DNA of 64,000 nucleotides, from assembly GCA_002721785.1 (NCBI GenBank), contig PBLO01000004.1:112452-176451 (forward strand). The letters run 5' to 3'. Below, piece after piece: positions 41,275 to 49,556 of this stretch (position 1 is the first letter of the stretch; each line of letters opens with the position of its first letter). Source of the stretch: Halieaceae bacterium. Lineage in GTDB: Bacteria; Pseudomonadota; Gammaproteobacteria; Pseudomonadales; Halieaceae. The notes under the pieces were generated by a model. That model saw nothing but the letters and a program-made list of their open reading frames with translations, was not told where the DNA came from and did not search any database. Both the position numbers and the translations under genes were made by a program.

Positions 41275-42519
41275 TCAAGGCTTGATGTAGGCCCTGCCCA
41301 TGCCAGCGTCCTCGGGTAGGTATCGCTGTAGTAATTCGGTTTGACGGCTCCGCATAGGGTCCGGATTACCCGAGAGGATCACATGGTCTGCGGCACTAGT
41401 GACCTCCAGCGGATCCCCGCTCCAAATCACCAGATCCGCGGCGAGGCCCGGGGCGATCATTTTCGGCGTGCCGCCGAATATTTCCGCCGGTAGGCTGGTC
41501 ATGGCCTCGATAGCCGCTTCGTAAGGCAAGCCGTTGGCAACAGCGTTGCCTGCTACCTGTCGCAACTTTCGTGCATTGTGTGTCTCACCGCTGGTGAACA
41601 AGACCGTCACGCCCGCTTCATGGAGCAGCGCCGCATTATCGAGCCGCGCACCCAACCCATCGAAGCTGCCGGGCAGATTATCCAGCGCGTTGATGACAAC
41701 GGGCACGCCCGCTTCAGCCAGTGCATCACGCACCATCCAGGCCTCTTGTCCGCCACTGATCACAGTGCGTAATTTGTGAGCCTCACCAAACGCCACGGCT
41801 TGCAGAATATCGCTGGCCCGGTTTGCTCTGAATATAAAAAGCCCGTTGCGCCTAACCGCATGTAGCGTGTCTTTTCCCCTAGGTGTAATCAGTGTGAGGT
41901 CGTCATCGTCAGTCGATAACTCTGCAAATACTGATTCCAGCAGCATCCAGTGCGCGGCGCGACTGCTGCCGAGGCGGTTGCCGCTATAGCCGTCCACATT
42001 GACGAACAACACATCGTCGCCCTCGAAGCTGTCGTACCCACCATCAAGTCGCACAAGGGAGCCTTGTCCTGAAATGGTTCGATCCCCTGGTGCTGCCATA
42101 AGAAGCGTGTAGCCGTAGCCCTCTATGCGCGTAATGGGCACGACGCTTGAGTGTGGGTTATAGGCTCGCCGGACATCAAATTCGGGATGAATGAGGCCGG
42201 TATACAGTCCGCTCAAGCGGCTATCGACCGCTTCATAGACCATGCCTATTTCGCTGAGACCCGCAGCTGTAATGCCCGCAAAGAAAGCCGGGGTGAGGGG
42301 TCGTCCTGCTGCATCGATGACGGTTTGGGCCTCCGAGCCCGCCAAATCTGTGCCCAACGATTCAATGCGCCCGTCAACGATCAAAATATCTTGGCGGACT
42401 GCCGGCGAATCGTCGCCAGCGAAAACATTGGCGTCTTTTATCAGGTATGACTCGGCATGAACCGAGGCCGGCCCCCACAGGAGCATCTGGCAAGTCAGAA
42501 GTACACTCAATAATCTCAT
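41275..42519 (-). CDS. amidohydrolase family protein, exported
   Basis: 414 aa with a signal peptide. It has the composite amidohydrolase fold pattern (N-terminal beta-sandwich ...ILIVDGRIESLG..., C-terminal DLVIWSGDPLE). Its start overlaps the stop of the upstream paralog. Confidence 0.8.
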   Translation of the reverse strand: MRLLSVLLTCQMLLWGPASVHAESYLIKDANVFAGDDSPAVRQDILIVDGRIESLGTDLAGSEAQTVIDAAGRPLTPAFFAGITAAGLSEIGMVYEAVDSRLSGLYTGLIHPEFDVRRAYNPHSSVVPITRIEGYGYTLLMAAPGDRTISGQGSLVRLDGGYDSFEGDDVLFVNVDGYSGNRLGSSRAAHWMLLESVFAELSTDDDDLTLITPRGKDTLHAVRRNGLFIFRANRASDILQAVAFGEAHKLRTVISGGQEAWMVRDALAEAGVPVVINALDNLPGSFDGLGARLDNAALLHEAGVTVLFTSGETHNARKLRQVAGNAVANGLPYEAAIEAMTSLPAEIFGGTPKMIAPGLAADLVIWSGDPLEVTSAADHVILSGNPDPMRSRQTELLQRYLPEDAGMGRAYIKP

Positions 42520-43928
42520 TGTGCCGCTCCCAGGAGCTGGCCCAGCTCGAAGTCGGATTCAGGGCTAAGTTCGGGATTGTTGCGCTCGAAGCGCAATGCG
42601 CCATCTATGTACACACGCAGCGGCTTGGCGTAGACGGAGAGGGGATTCTGATTCCACACCACGACGTCTGCCATTTTGCCTGCTTCGAGAGTGCCGGTTA
42701 CGCCATCGATACCGAGAGATTTGGCGGCGTTTGCAGTGATCCAGCGGATGGCACGCTCCAGTGGGATATCGAGGCCAGCTCGGTTGCCGCGAGTCATGGC
42801 TTTGGCCGCCTCCTGATTTAGGCGCTGAATGCCCTCATCGGAATCCGAGTGAACGATGGCACAGCCGCCATCGGGCCGGTCTACCAGTGCGATGTTTTCT
42901 TGAATACCGTCATAGGCCTCGATCTTGAATCCCCACCAGTCGGCCCACAGGGCACCACAGACCCCGTTTTCAGCTAACTCATCGGCGACTTTGTAGGCTT
43001 CGACGCCGTGATGGAAGGTGCCCACGCGGTAACCAAATTCCTTGGCCATGTCGAGAATGGTGAGCATCTCGTCGGCTCGATAGCAATGCATGTGCACAAG
43101 AATGTCACCGCGGAGAGCGCCGGCAAGGGTTTCCAGCTCCAGATCGCGGCGGGGTGGGGTATTGGTCAGCAGGGCGTCTGCGACCGATGCACCGTCGCCG
43201 CCATCACTGCTCTCGGCGCTATTGGCATCTGCGATGGCTTGGTTATAACGGTCCCAATCCGCTTGATAGCGCTGTGCACGGATCCACGTACTACGGTAGG
43301 CCGCAACGTTTCCCATGCGAGTTGATGGGCTTTGATCTCGATTGCCATAGACGCGCTTTGGGTTCTCGCCACACGCCATTTTCAGTCCATGCGGCGCGCC
43401 GGGGAACTTCATCCCTTGATAGCTCAGTGACGGCACATTTTTGAGCGTGACGCCACGCCCCCCGAACAAGTTGGCTGAACCTGGGAGGATTTGCATTGCC
43501 GTGACGCCTCCTGCCAGAGCACGAGTAAACCCGGGATCCTGCGGCCAGATGCTGTGCTCGGCCCAGACTTCCGCCGTGACGGGCGCGGTGGCTTCATTGC
43601 CATCGCTGTGCGCGGCGACTCCAGGCGAAGGGTAGACCCCGAGATGAGAGTGCACGTCGATCAGGCCGGGCGTGATCCACAATCCCGTGGCGTCTATAAC
43701 GGTCGCATCCGGATGGCTGTCGCCTGTGCCCACCCAGGATATCTCGCCGTTAGCGAGGTAAATATCGGCGTTGTCGAGGCGCTTCCCAGTGCCATCCAGC
43801 ACGGTTGCGTTGGTCAGTAGTATCGGTGTCGCTGTCGGCGCGTTGTAGGTAGAAGGAAACGCTTCGGCGTGGGCCCTTTCGGTCAACGTGAGACACACGA
43901 GGGCGGCCATGGAAAGGTATTTCAGCAT
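42516..43928 (-). CDS. amidohydrolase (imidazolonepropionase/prolidase-like), exported
   Basis: It has the metal motif GLIDVHSHLG, and the later HCYRADE and HH/HSD residues. The start is placed at the ATG at 43928 (MLKYLSMAALVCL signal peptide) rather than the ORF-track 43985. Confidence 0.85.
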   Translation of the reverse strand: MLKYLSMAALVCLTLTERAHAEAFPSTYNAPTATPILLTNATVLDGTGKRLDNADIYLANGEISWVGTGDSHPDATVIDATGLWITPGLIDVHSHLGVYPSPGVAAHSDGNEATAPVTAEVWAEHSIWPQDPGFTRALAGGVTAMQILPGSANLFGGRGVTLKNVPSLSYQGMKFPGAPHGLKMACGENPKRVYGNRDQSPSTRMGNVAAYRSTWIRAQRYQADWDRYNQAIADANSAESSDGGDGASVADALLTNTPPRRDLELETLAGALRGDILVHMHCYRADEMLTILDMAKEFGYRVGTFHHGVEAYKVADELAENGVCGALWADWWGFKIEAYDGIQENIALVDRPDGGCAIVHSDSDEGIQRLNQEAAKAMTRGNRAGLDIPLERAIRWITANAAKSLGIDGVTGTLEAGKMADVVVWNQNPLSVYAKPLRVYIDGALRFERNNPELSPESDFELGQLLGAAQ

Positions 43929-44041
43929 AGTGCGAGCTCTGGAAATCGAGGCCGCGAAGATACTCCCAACCGGCCCCTCTGCCAACGGGGTATGCGAATT
44001 AGGCTAAGCTCGGGAATCACCGCAAGCTTAAGGATCTGTCT

Positions 44042-44827
44042 ATGCGCCGCTTCGTCGATTTATCGATTTACCTCGAAAATGACGTGATCAGCGATCCACC
44101 GGCCATGAAGCCGAACATTGACTACATCACGCACGATTTAGGTGCTCAGCAGATGGCCTCATTTTTTCCGGGACTGGAGCCGGATGATCTGCCCGATGGA
44201 GAAGGGTGGGCGATTGAGTTTGTTCAGCTGTGCACGCACAACGGCACACACCTTGATGCGCCGTATCATTTTCATCCGACTATGAATGAGCGTGTCTCAG
44301 GTAAGGAACGCGCCATCACCATTGACGAGGTGCCGTTGGAGTGGTGTTTTCAGCCAGGCGTAAAGCTCGACTTCCGTGATTTTCCCGACGGATATGTGGT
44401 GTCAGCTGCCGACGTAGAGGCCGAGCTGGAGCGTATTGGTCACGAACTGTCGCCACTTGAGATCGTCATGGTCAACACCGCGGCGGGGAAAGCCTACGGG
44501 CAGGACGACTTCGTGAGCAAAGGTTGTGGTATGGGCTACGAGGCCACGATGTACCTGTTAGAACGTGGCATCAAAGTCACGGGCACCGATGCCTGGAGTT
44601 GGGACGCACCCTTTGATCAAACCGCAGAGCGGTATGCAGCGTCTGGCGATGCTAGCCTCATCTGGGAGGGTCACAAGGCGGGCCGGCACATCGGTTACTG
44701 CCACCTCGAAAAGCTGCACAATCTTGAAGAGTTGCCCGCCACAGGTTTCACGGTCAGCTGCTTCCCGCACAAGATTCGTGGCGCCTCGGCGGGTTGGACT
44801 CGAGCAGTAGCGATTATTGATGAGTGA
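44042..44827 (+). CDS. cyclase family protein (arylformamidase/kynurenine formamidase-like)
   Basis: 261 aa. It has the HNGTHLDAPYHF metal-binding motif of the putative cyclase family. Confidence 0.8.
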   Translation: MRRFVDLSIYLENDVISDPPAMKPNIDYITHDLGAQQMASFFPGLEPDDLPDGEGWAIEFVQLCTHNGTHLDAPYHFHPTMNERVSGKERAITIDEVPLEWCFQPGVKLDFRDFPDGYVVSAADVEAELERIGHELSPLEIVMVNTAAGKAYGQDDFVSKGCGMGYEATMYLLERGIKVTGTDAWSWDAPFDQTAERYAASGDASLIWEGHKAGRHIGYCHLEKLHNLEELPATGFTVSCFPHKIRGASAGWTRAVAIIDE

Positions 44828-44837
44828 CTTTTGCGTT

Positions 44838-46277
44838 CTACGCGATGTCCTTCAGCGTAGCGTAGGCACTCAGCGCTTCCTCGCGAGCCGTTTTATGATC
44901 AACGATGGGCCTCGGATAGCTGTCTCCCAGGCTAACGCCGGCTTCTGCCAGTATGTCTTCGGGCGCTTCCCACGGCTTGTGTAGATACTTGTCGGGTAGC
45001 CCGGCCAGCTCGGGCACCCACCTCCTAGTGTAGCCGCCAGACTTATCAAACTTCTCACCTTGAGCGATCGGATTGAAGATCCTGAAGTAAGGTGATGCAT
45101 CAGCACCGGATCCGCCTACCCACTGCCAACTGCAGGCGTTTGAGGCCAAGTCGGCGTCGACCAGACAATCCCAAAACCACGCCTCTCCCTCACGCCAGTT
45201 AAGCAGGCAGTGTTTGGTCAAAAAGCTCGCGACCACCATGCGCACTCGGTTGTGCATGAAGCCTGTCTGCCATAGTTCGCGCATACCCGCATCGACGATC
45301 GGGTACCCGGTTTTTCCTGTTTGCCACGCCCGTAAGCGCTCCTCGTCTTTCCCCCATGGGAAAAAAGAAAATTTGGGATTGAAGGCCTCGTCAGGCATGT
45401 GCGGGAAATGGAACAAAAGGTGATAGCAAAACTCCCGCCAGCCGAGTTCACTGAGGAATTTATCGATCGAGTCGGCAGTTTCGGGGTGCTCTGCCTTGGC
45501 ATGCTGCGCGGCATGCCAAACTTGCCGCGGCGAGATATTGCCAAACCGGAGGTAGGGCGACAGTTTGGAGGTGTTGGGCTCCGAGGGAATGTCACGCCCA
45601 CCACCGTAATCCTGGACATGGTCCCGCAGAAAGCGGGTAAGAGCTTGATGAGCGCCCGTCTCTCCCGGGCTCCACAAGTCATTCCATCCGAATGCCCAGT
45701 TGGGTGCAGTGGGCGTCAAGCACCAGTCATCGAGTTCTTCAGATGCCACAGATTTTTCCAACGCAGCTAATCCGGGTGGTGGGCAGGGGGCGCTTGGGTT
45801 GGGGCGTCGGTTGCAAGCGCGCCAGAATGGGGTGAACACCTTGAATGGCTTGCCACCGCCCGTTGCGACGTCCTCTGGTTCATGCAGCAGGGTACCGGGA
45901 TAGCGCTTCAGGTCGGCGCCAACGCCACTCACTGCCGCTTTGACAGATCGCTCGAGGGTCTCGGACCACGGTTGGTAGTGGCGACTGCAATAAACTGCGG
46001 TGGCGCCAGTTTCCTCGGCAATCGCGGCCAGCGTGCTGGCTGCATCGCCGCTCCGTAAGATCAGTTCGCTGCCTTGCGCGCTGAGTTCATGCCGCAACGC
46101 TGTGAGGCTATTGTGTAGCCACCAGCGGCTGGCACTGCCGAGACGCCACTGTTCGCCGAGTTTCTCGTCCAGGATATAGACCGGTATCACCGTACCCCTG
46201 TCTGCGGCGGCCTGCAGGCCGGGCAGGTCACTGAGTCGGAGATCGTCCCGAAACCAGTAAATAGATACATCAGCCAT
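44838..46277 (-). CDS. phrB: deoxyribodipyrimidine photolyase (class I CPD type)
   Basis: It has IYWFRDDLRLSD at the N-terminus, and TGYPIVDAGMRELW...DADLASNACSWQW...YFRIFNP..QGEKFD matches the FAD-binding domain of E. coli PhrB. The start at 46277 (MADVS) overlaps the cobB stop by 8 nt. Confidence 0.92.
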   Translation of the reverse strand: MADVSIYWFRDDLRLSDLPGLQAAADRGTVIPVYILDEKLGEQWRLGSASRWWLHNSLTALRHELSAQGSELILRSGDAASTLAAIAEETGATAVYCSRHYQPWSETLERSVKAAVSGVGADLKRYPGTLLHEPEDVATGGGKPFKVFTPFWRACNRRPNPSAPCPPPGLAALEKSVASEELDDWCLTPTAPNWAFGWNDLWSPGETGAHQALTRFLRDHVQDYGGGRDIPSEPNTSKLSPYLRFGNISPRQVWHAAQHAKAEHPETADSIDKFLSELGWREFCYHLLFHFPHMPDEAFNPKFSFFPWGKDEERLRAWQTGKTGYPIVDAGMRELWQTGFMHNRVRMVVASFLTKHCLLNWREGEAWFWDCLVDADLASNACSWQWVGGSGADASPYFRIFNPIAQGEKFDKSGGYTRRWVPELAGLPDKYLHKPWEAPEDILAEAGVSLGDSYPRPIVDHKTAREEALSAYATLKDIA

Positions 46278-47121
46278 GTGCGGGCTCCTGTTGGGTAAAT
46301 GTGACGTGTTCAGCCAGCGCTTCGAGTAATGAGAACGGCGCCTCACTAAATCGGTAGTGACTTATTGAATCCGCGCGGGTTTCGCCTTGATTGAGTATGA
46401 CCAACGGCTTGTCTTGCGACACCGCGTGACGGCAAAAGCGATAGCCCGAGTAAACGGACAAAGAGCTCCCGATAACAATCAATCCTCGGGCGTTGTCGAT
46501 CAGTTTGAAGCACGCTTCAACCCGATTTTTGGGGACAGTACCGCCGAAAAAGACCACATCGGGCATCAGCGTGCCGCTGCAGTGCTGGCAGTCCGGTACC
46601 GTGAAATGCTGAATGTATGTCTCGGGCAAGTCCGCGTCACCGTCGGGTCGAAGCGCGCTTTCGCTCACCTCAGGGATCTCGTTTAGGCTTTCTAGACGGT
46701 CCTGTATCGCCGCGCGGCTCTCGTAGCCGCCGCAGTCTAGGCAACGCGCGCGGTCCAGTCGGCCGTGTAAATCAATCACGGTTCGCGCGCCACTGGCTTG
46801 ATGCAGCCGGTCCACATTCTGCGTGATCACTCCAGAGATAATGCCGGCGGCCTCAAGCGTGGAGAGTGCTTCGTGGGTCGCATTGGGTAGGGCGCGAGCG
46901 ACGCGTGGCCAACCAAGGGCTGATCGGCTCCAATAGCGCCGACGCTTGGCTGGGTCACGAATGAACTCGTCGTGCTGGATGGGATTGCTCCCGAGCCACT
47001 TTCCCTGATGGTCGCGGTAGGTTGGGATGCCCGAGGCGCTACTGATGCCCGCGCCTGTGAGCGCGACCCATGGTGCTCCCTCCCACAAAACTGACTTCAG
47101 TGACTCAACCGTTTCGCTCAT
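46270..47121 (-). CDS. cobB: NAD-dependent protein deacylase (sirtuin, class II/SIRT4-like)
   Basis: 283 aa. It has GAGISSASGIPTYRD, TQNVDRLH, and zinc cysteines CLDCG...CQHCSG. Confidence 0.88.
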   Translation of the reverse strand: MSETVESLKSVLWEGAPWVALTGAGISSASGIPTYRDHQGKWLGSNPIQHDEFIRDPAKRRRYWSRSALGWPRVARALPNATHEALSTLEAAGIISGVITQNVDRLHQASGARTVIDLHGRLDRARCLDCGGYESRAAIQDRLESLNEIPEVSESALRPDGDADLPETYIQHFTVPDCQHCSGTLMPDVVFFGGTVPKNRVEACFKLIDNARGLIVIGSSLSVYSGYRFCRHAVSQDKPLVILNQGETRADSISHYRFSEAPFSLLEALAEHVTFTQQEPAHG

Positions 47122-47180
47122 GAAGCGTATACGTTTGTCGAGTAACGCGGATCCCCATTTGGACCGTGCTGGGAGGCAAG

Positions 47181-48059
47181 ATGCATATTTTGATCACGGG
47201 AGGTACGGGCCTGATCGGTACCGCGCTGTGTGAGGCGCTGCTGGCAGAGGGTCATCAGCTGACGATACTGAGCCGTGCGAAGCGCCGGAACCGGCAAAGC
47301 GTTCGGTTTATCAAGGTTTTCTCGCAGTGTCTGGGCCCGGTGGATGCCGTAATCAATCTCGCGGGAGCGGGGTTGGCTGATCGCCGCTGGACCGCCGCAT
47401 ACAAGCGTGAAATCTGGGCCAGCCGGATTGATATCACCAACGATCTCGTCGCTTGGATGGCAGAGCAGGCCGAGCCGCCCAAGCGGCTGATCAATGGTAG
47501 TGCAATCGGCTTCTACGGTGCGGACGCTGAGGCCACGTTCTCCGAGGATGCGCCACTTGGCGCTGGATTTTCCGCTGATTTGTGTCATGCGTGGGAACAA
47601 GCGGCCGAGAAGGCGAAACTTACGGGCGCGACCGTGACGCGCTTGCGATTGGGTGTCGTGCTGGCCAAAGAGGGGGGGGCGCTGGGCAAGATGACCCAAT
47701 CGTTCCGCATGGGTATGGAGACCTGGTTGGGCTCAGGTGAGCAGTGGTTGAGCTGGATACACATTGATGATGTGGTACGGGTCATTCTGTTCGCTCTGTC
47801 TCAGGACTCTGTTAGCCCCATTTACAACACTGTCGCGCCCGGCCCGGTGCGGCACCGTCAGTTTGCCAGTGAGGTGGGAAAGCGGACCTTTACGTTACTG
47901 CGGGCCGGTGTCCCAGCTGGGGTGGCCAGGCTGCTCGCGGGTGAAATGGCAGATGAGTTACTCCTCAGTGGGCAACGAGTCGTGCCGGACCAACTCACTG
48001 CAGAGGGTTTCTCGTTCCGTTACCCGACCCTCGCCGACGCGCTTAACAACCTCGTTTAG
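47181..48059 (+). CDS. TIGR01777/YfcH-like epimerase-family protein (SDR39U1 type)
   Basis: MHILITGGTGLIG plus LRLGVVLAKEGGALGKM...GSGEQWLSWIHIDD are collinear with E. coli YfcH. The start is at the ATG at 47181. Confidence 0.8.
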   Translation: MHILITGGTGLIGTALCEALLAEGHQLTILSRAKRRNRQSVRFIKVFSQCLGPVDAVINLAGAGLADRRWTAAYKREIWASRIDITNDLVAWMAEQAEPPKRLINGSAIGFYGADAEATFSEDAPLGAGFSADLCHAWEQAAEKAKLTGATVTRLRLGVVLAKEGGALGKMTQSFRMGMETWLGSGEQWLSWIHIDDVVRVILFALSQDSVSPIYNTVAPGPVRHRQFASEVGKRTFTLLRAGVPAGVARLLAGEMADELLLSGQRVVPDQLTAEGFSFRYPTLADALNNLV

Positions 48060-48082
48060 AGCGGCTTACTCCCAAGAGCGGA

Positions 48083-49381
48083 TTACGCCGAAGTGCCTAC
48101 CTGCTGGTAGTCCAAAAAGGCCTGCTGCACGCCATCTTGCGTCTTAAGCTTTCTCAGCGCAGACCGCTCGAGCTGCCTCACCCACTCGCGACTAACACCA
48201 AGGCGATCTGCAATTTCAGAGCGCGACAGCGGTGGGCCGTCATGTAGCCCCCAGCGCGCTACCACAACAGCCTGCTCGTTGGCCTCCAACTGATCTACCG
48301 CCTCGCCGAGGAACCGATGGAGTGAGTCCAACTCGGCATTGCTCGTCGTGTCTCCAAACTGCTCGCTTGTGAGCGTATCGACCAGGCTGCTGCCGTCGTC
48401 ATCGTCGTACCGTGGTGCGTCGAGTGAAATCGCTAAATTTCTTACCTCAAGGATCTCTTTGGTCTTCTGCTTGTCCATGCCGAGCTTCTTGGCCAGTTGC
48501 CCTGCGTCGGGCTCCATGCCTGTTTTGGCTTGCTCGATGGCGCGCTCACGGTAGACCTTGTTTACCTGATCCTGTACGTGAGTCGGCAGACGGATGAGGC
48601 TGCCCGTATCTCCGACGTACCGACGCACCGCCTGGGTAATCCAGTTGAAGCAGTACGTACTGAATCGATACCCCTTGGCGAATTCGAATTTCTCAGCAGC
48701 ACGGATCAAGCCCAACGTACCTTCCTGAACCAAGTCGAGGTATCCGACGCCGCGGCCGCGGTAGCGCCCGGCGATGGAGTGCACCAACCTGAGGTTGTGC
48801 ATGACCAGTGCGTCTCGTGCTTCGGTGTACTCGCGTAAGGCACGCCTCAGGGTCTTGTGGACGTCTGGTTCCAATGCGATCGGTGCAGGGGGGCTCTGCC
48901 AATGCCGTGACCAGTGGCCCACAGCGTCGGCGACGGCGTCAGCGAACTGCCCTCCAGCGCGCCTCAGCATGAACACAGCGAAACCCACGGTAAGGCTTGC
49001 GGGGATATTGAGGCTGTTCACGGTCTCGACATAACGCTTCTTCGATGCGCGGCCCCGTAAGATCTTTGCTGCGCCCCGAGCAGCATCCGCTTGATTGCCA
49101 TCGGCAAAGTAGGGTGCGAGTTCGCGACGCAGAGTGAAGTGTTGTTCGCGGCTGGGGAAGCGTTTGACTTCAGGCGGGCACTCCAGCGCATTGGTCAACG
49201 CATCCGCCAGCGTCACGCGCAGGTCGGCTACCTCGGCAAAAACGGCTGACAACGCCTCGACCGCTTGCCACTTTCGGGCGTCGATCGTCTTTTCCTCATC
49301 CGCTGTAAGCAGCGGGTACCGCCTGATCTCTGCGAACATCAGCTCCAGGTCAGCGTCTTCACTACTATCCAATGTCTGCAT
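48083..49381 (-). CDS. sigma-70 family RNA polymerase sigma factor with a long insertion between regions 1.2 and 2
   Basis: Region 1.2-like FAEIRRYPLLTADEE; region 2 NLRLVHSIAGRY...DLVQEGTLGLIRAAEKFEFAKGYRFSTYCFNWITQAVRR; region 3; region 4.2 SRSEIADRLGVSREWVRQLERSALRKLK. The start is placed at the ATG at 49381 (432 aa, G-rich SD). The ORF-track start at 49651 would overlap the divergent gene. Confidence 0.85.
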   Translation of the reverse strand: MQTLDSSEDADLELMFAEIRRYPLLTADEEKTIDARKWQAVEALSAVFAEVADLRVTLADALTNALECPPEVKRFPSREQHFTLRRELAPYFADGNQADAARGAAKILRGRASKKRYVETVNSLNIPASLTVGFAVFMLRRAGGQFADAVADAVGHWSRHWQSPPAPIALEPDVHKTLRRALREYTEARDALVMHNLRLVHSIAGRYRGRGVGYLDLVQEGTLGLIRAAEKFEFAKGYRFSTYCFNWITQAVRRYVGDTGSLIRLPTHVQDQVNKVYRERAIEQAKTGMEPDAGQLAKKLGMDKQKTKEILEVRNLAISLDAPRYDDDDGSSLVDTLTSEQFGDTTSNAELDSLHRFLGEAVDQLEANEQAVVVARWGLHDGPPLSRSEIADRLGVSREWVRQLERSALRKLKTQDGVQQAFLDYQQVGTSA

Positions 49382-49450
49382 GGTGCACCCCCCGGTTGTG
49401 CTGTTAGTGATACGGGGGCTGGGCCGCACTAGGTTTAACGTGTCCGCGTG

Positions 49451-49537
49451 TTTGTCCACCCTATATCTGGACAAATACTGGACAAACCGCCCATTTGAGG
49501 AATCCACCGCGGGATTTGCCCCGTAAAACTGGACAAA
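49451..49537. promoter_or_regulatory. repeated octamer TGGACAAA (x3 direct, x1 inverted) in the sigma/MerR divergent promoter region; putative operator array
   Basis: TTTGTCCA at 49451-49458 faces TGGACAAA at 49468-49475 (inverted repeat, 9-bp spacer). Further direct copies sit at 49479-49486 (11 bp later) and 49530-49537. Three copies share CTGGACAAA. Confidence 0.4.
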
Positions 49538-49556
49538 TCGAGAACAGGAGCGGGAC

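Noticed and set aside
46270-47121. SIR2-domain protein as a possible anti-phage defence component (Thoeris/DSR/SIR2-HerA-like).
   Set aside because: It is a compact 283-aa canonical sirtuin with the zinc ribbon and the NAD motifs of housekeeping deacylases. It has no fused or adjacent effector, sensor, HerA, TIR or pAgo gene. It is in an operon with photolyase.
47122-47180. TTTGTC...TTGGAC half-site-like sequences between cobB and the YfcH-like gene, as a second operator for the MerR-type regulator.
   Set aside because: There are only partial matches to the TGGACAAA octamer (6 of 8), and the spacing differs from the 49451-49475 inverted repeat. Matches of this quality are expected by chance in 64 kb.
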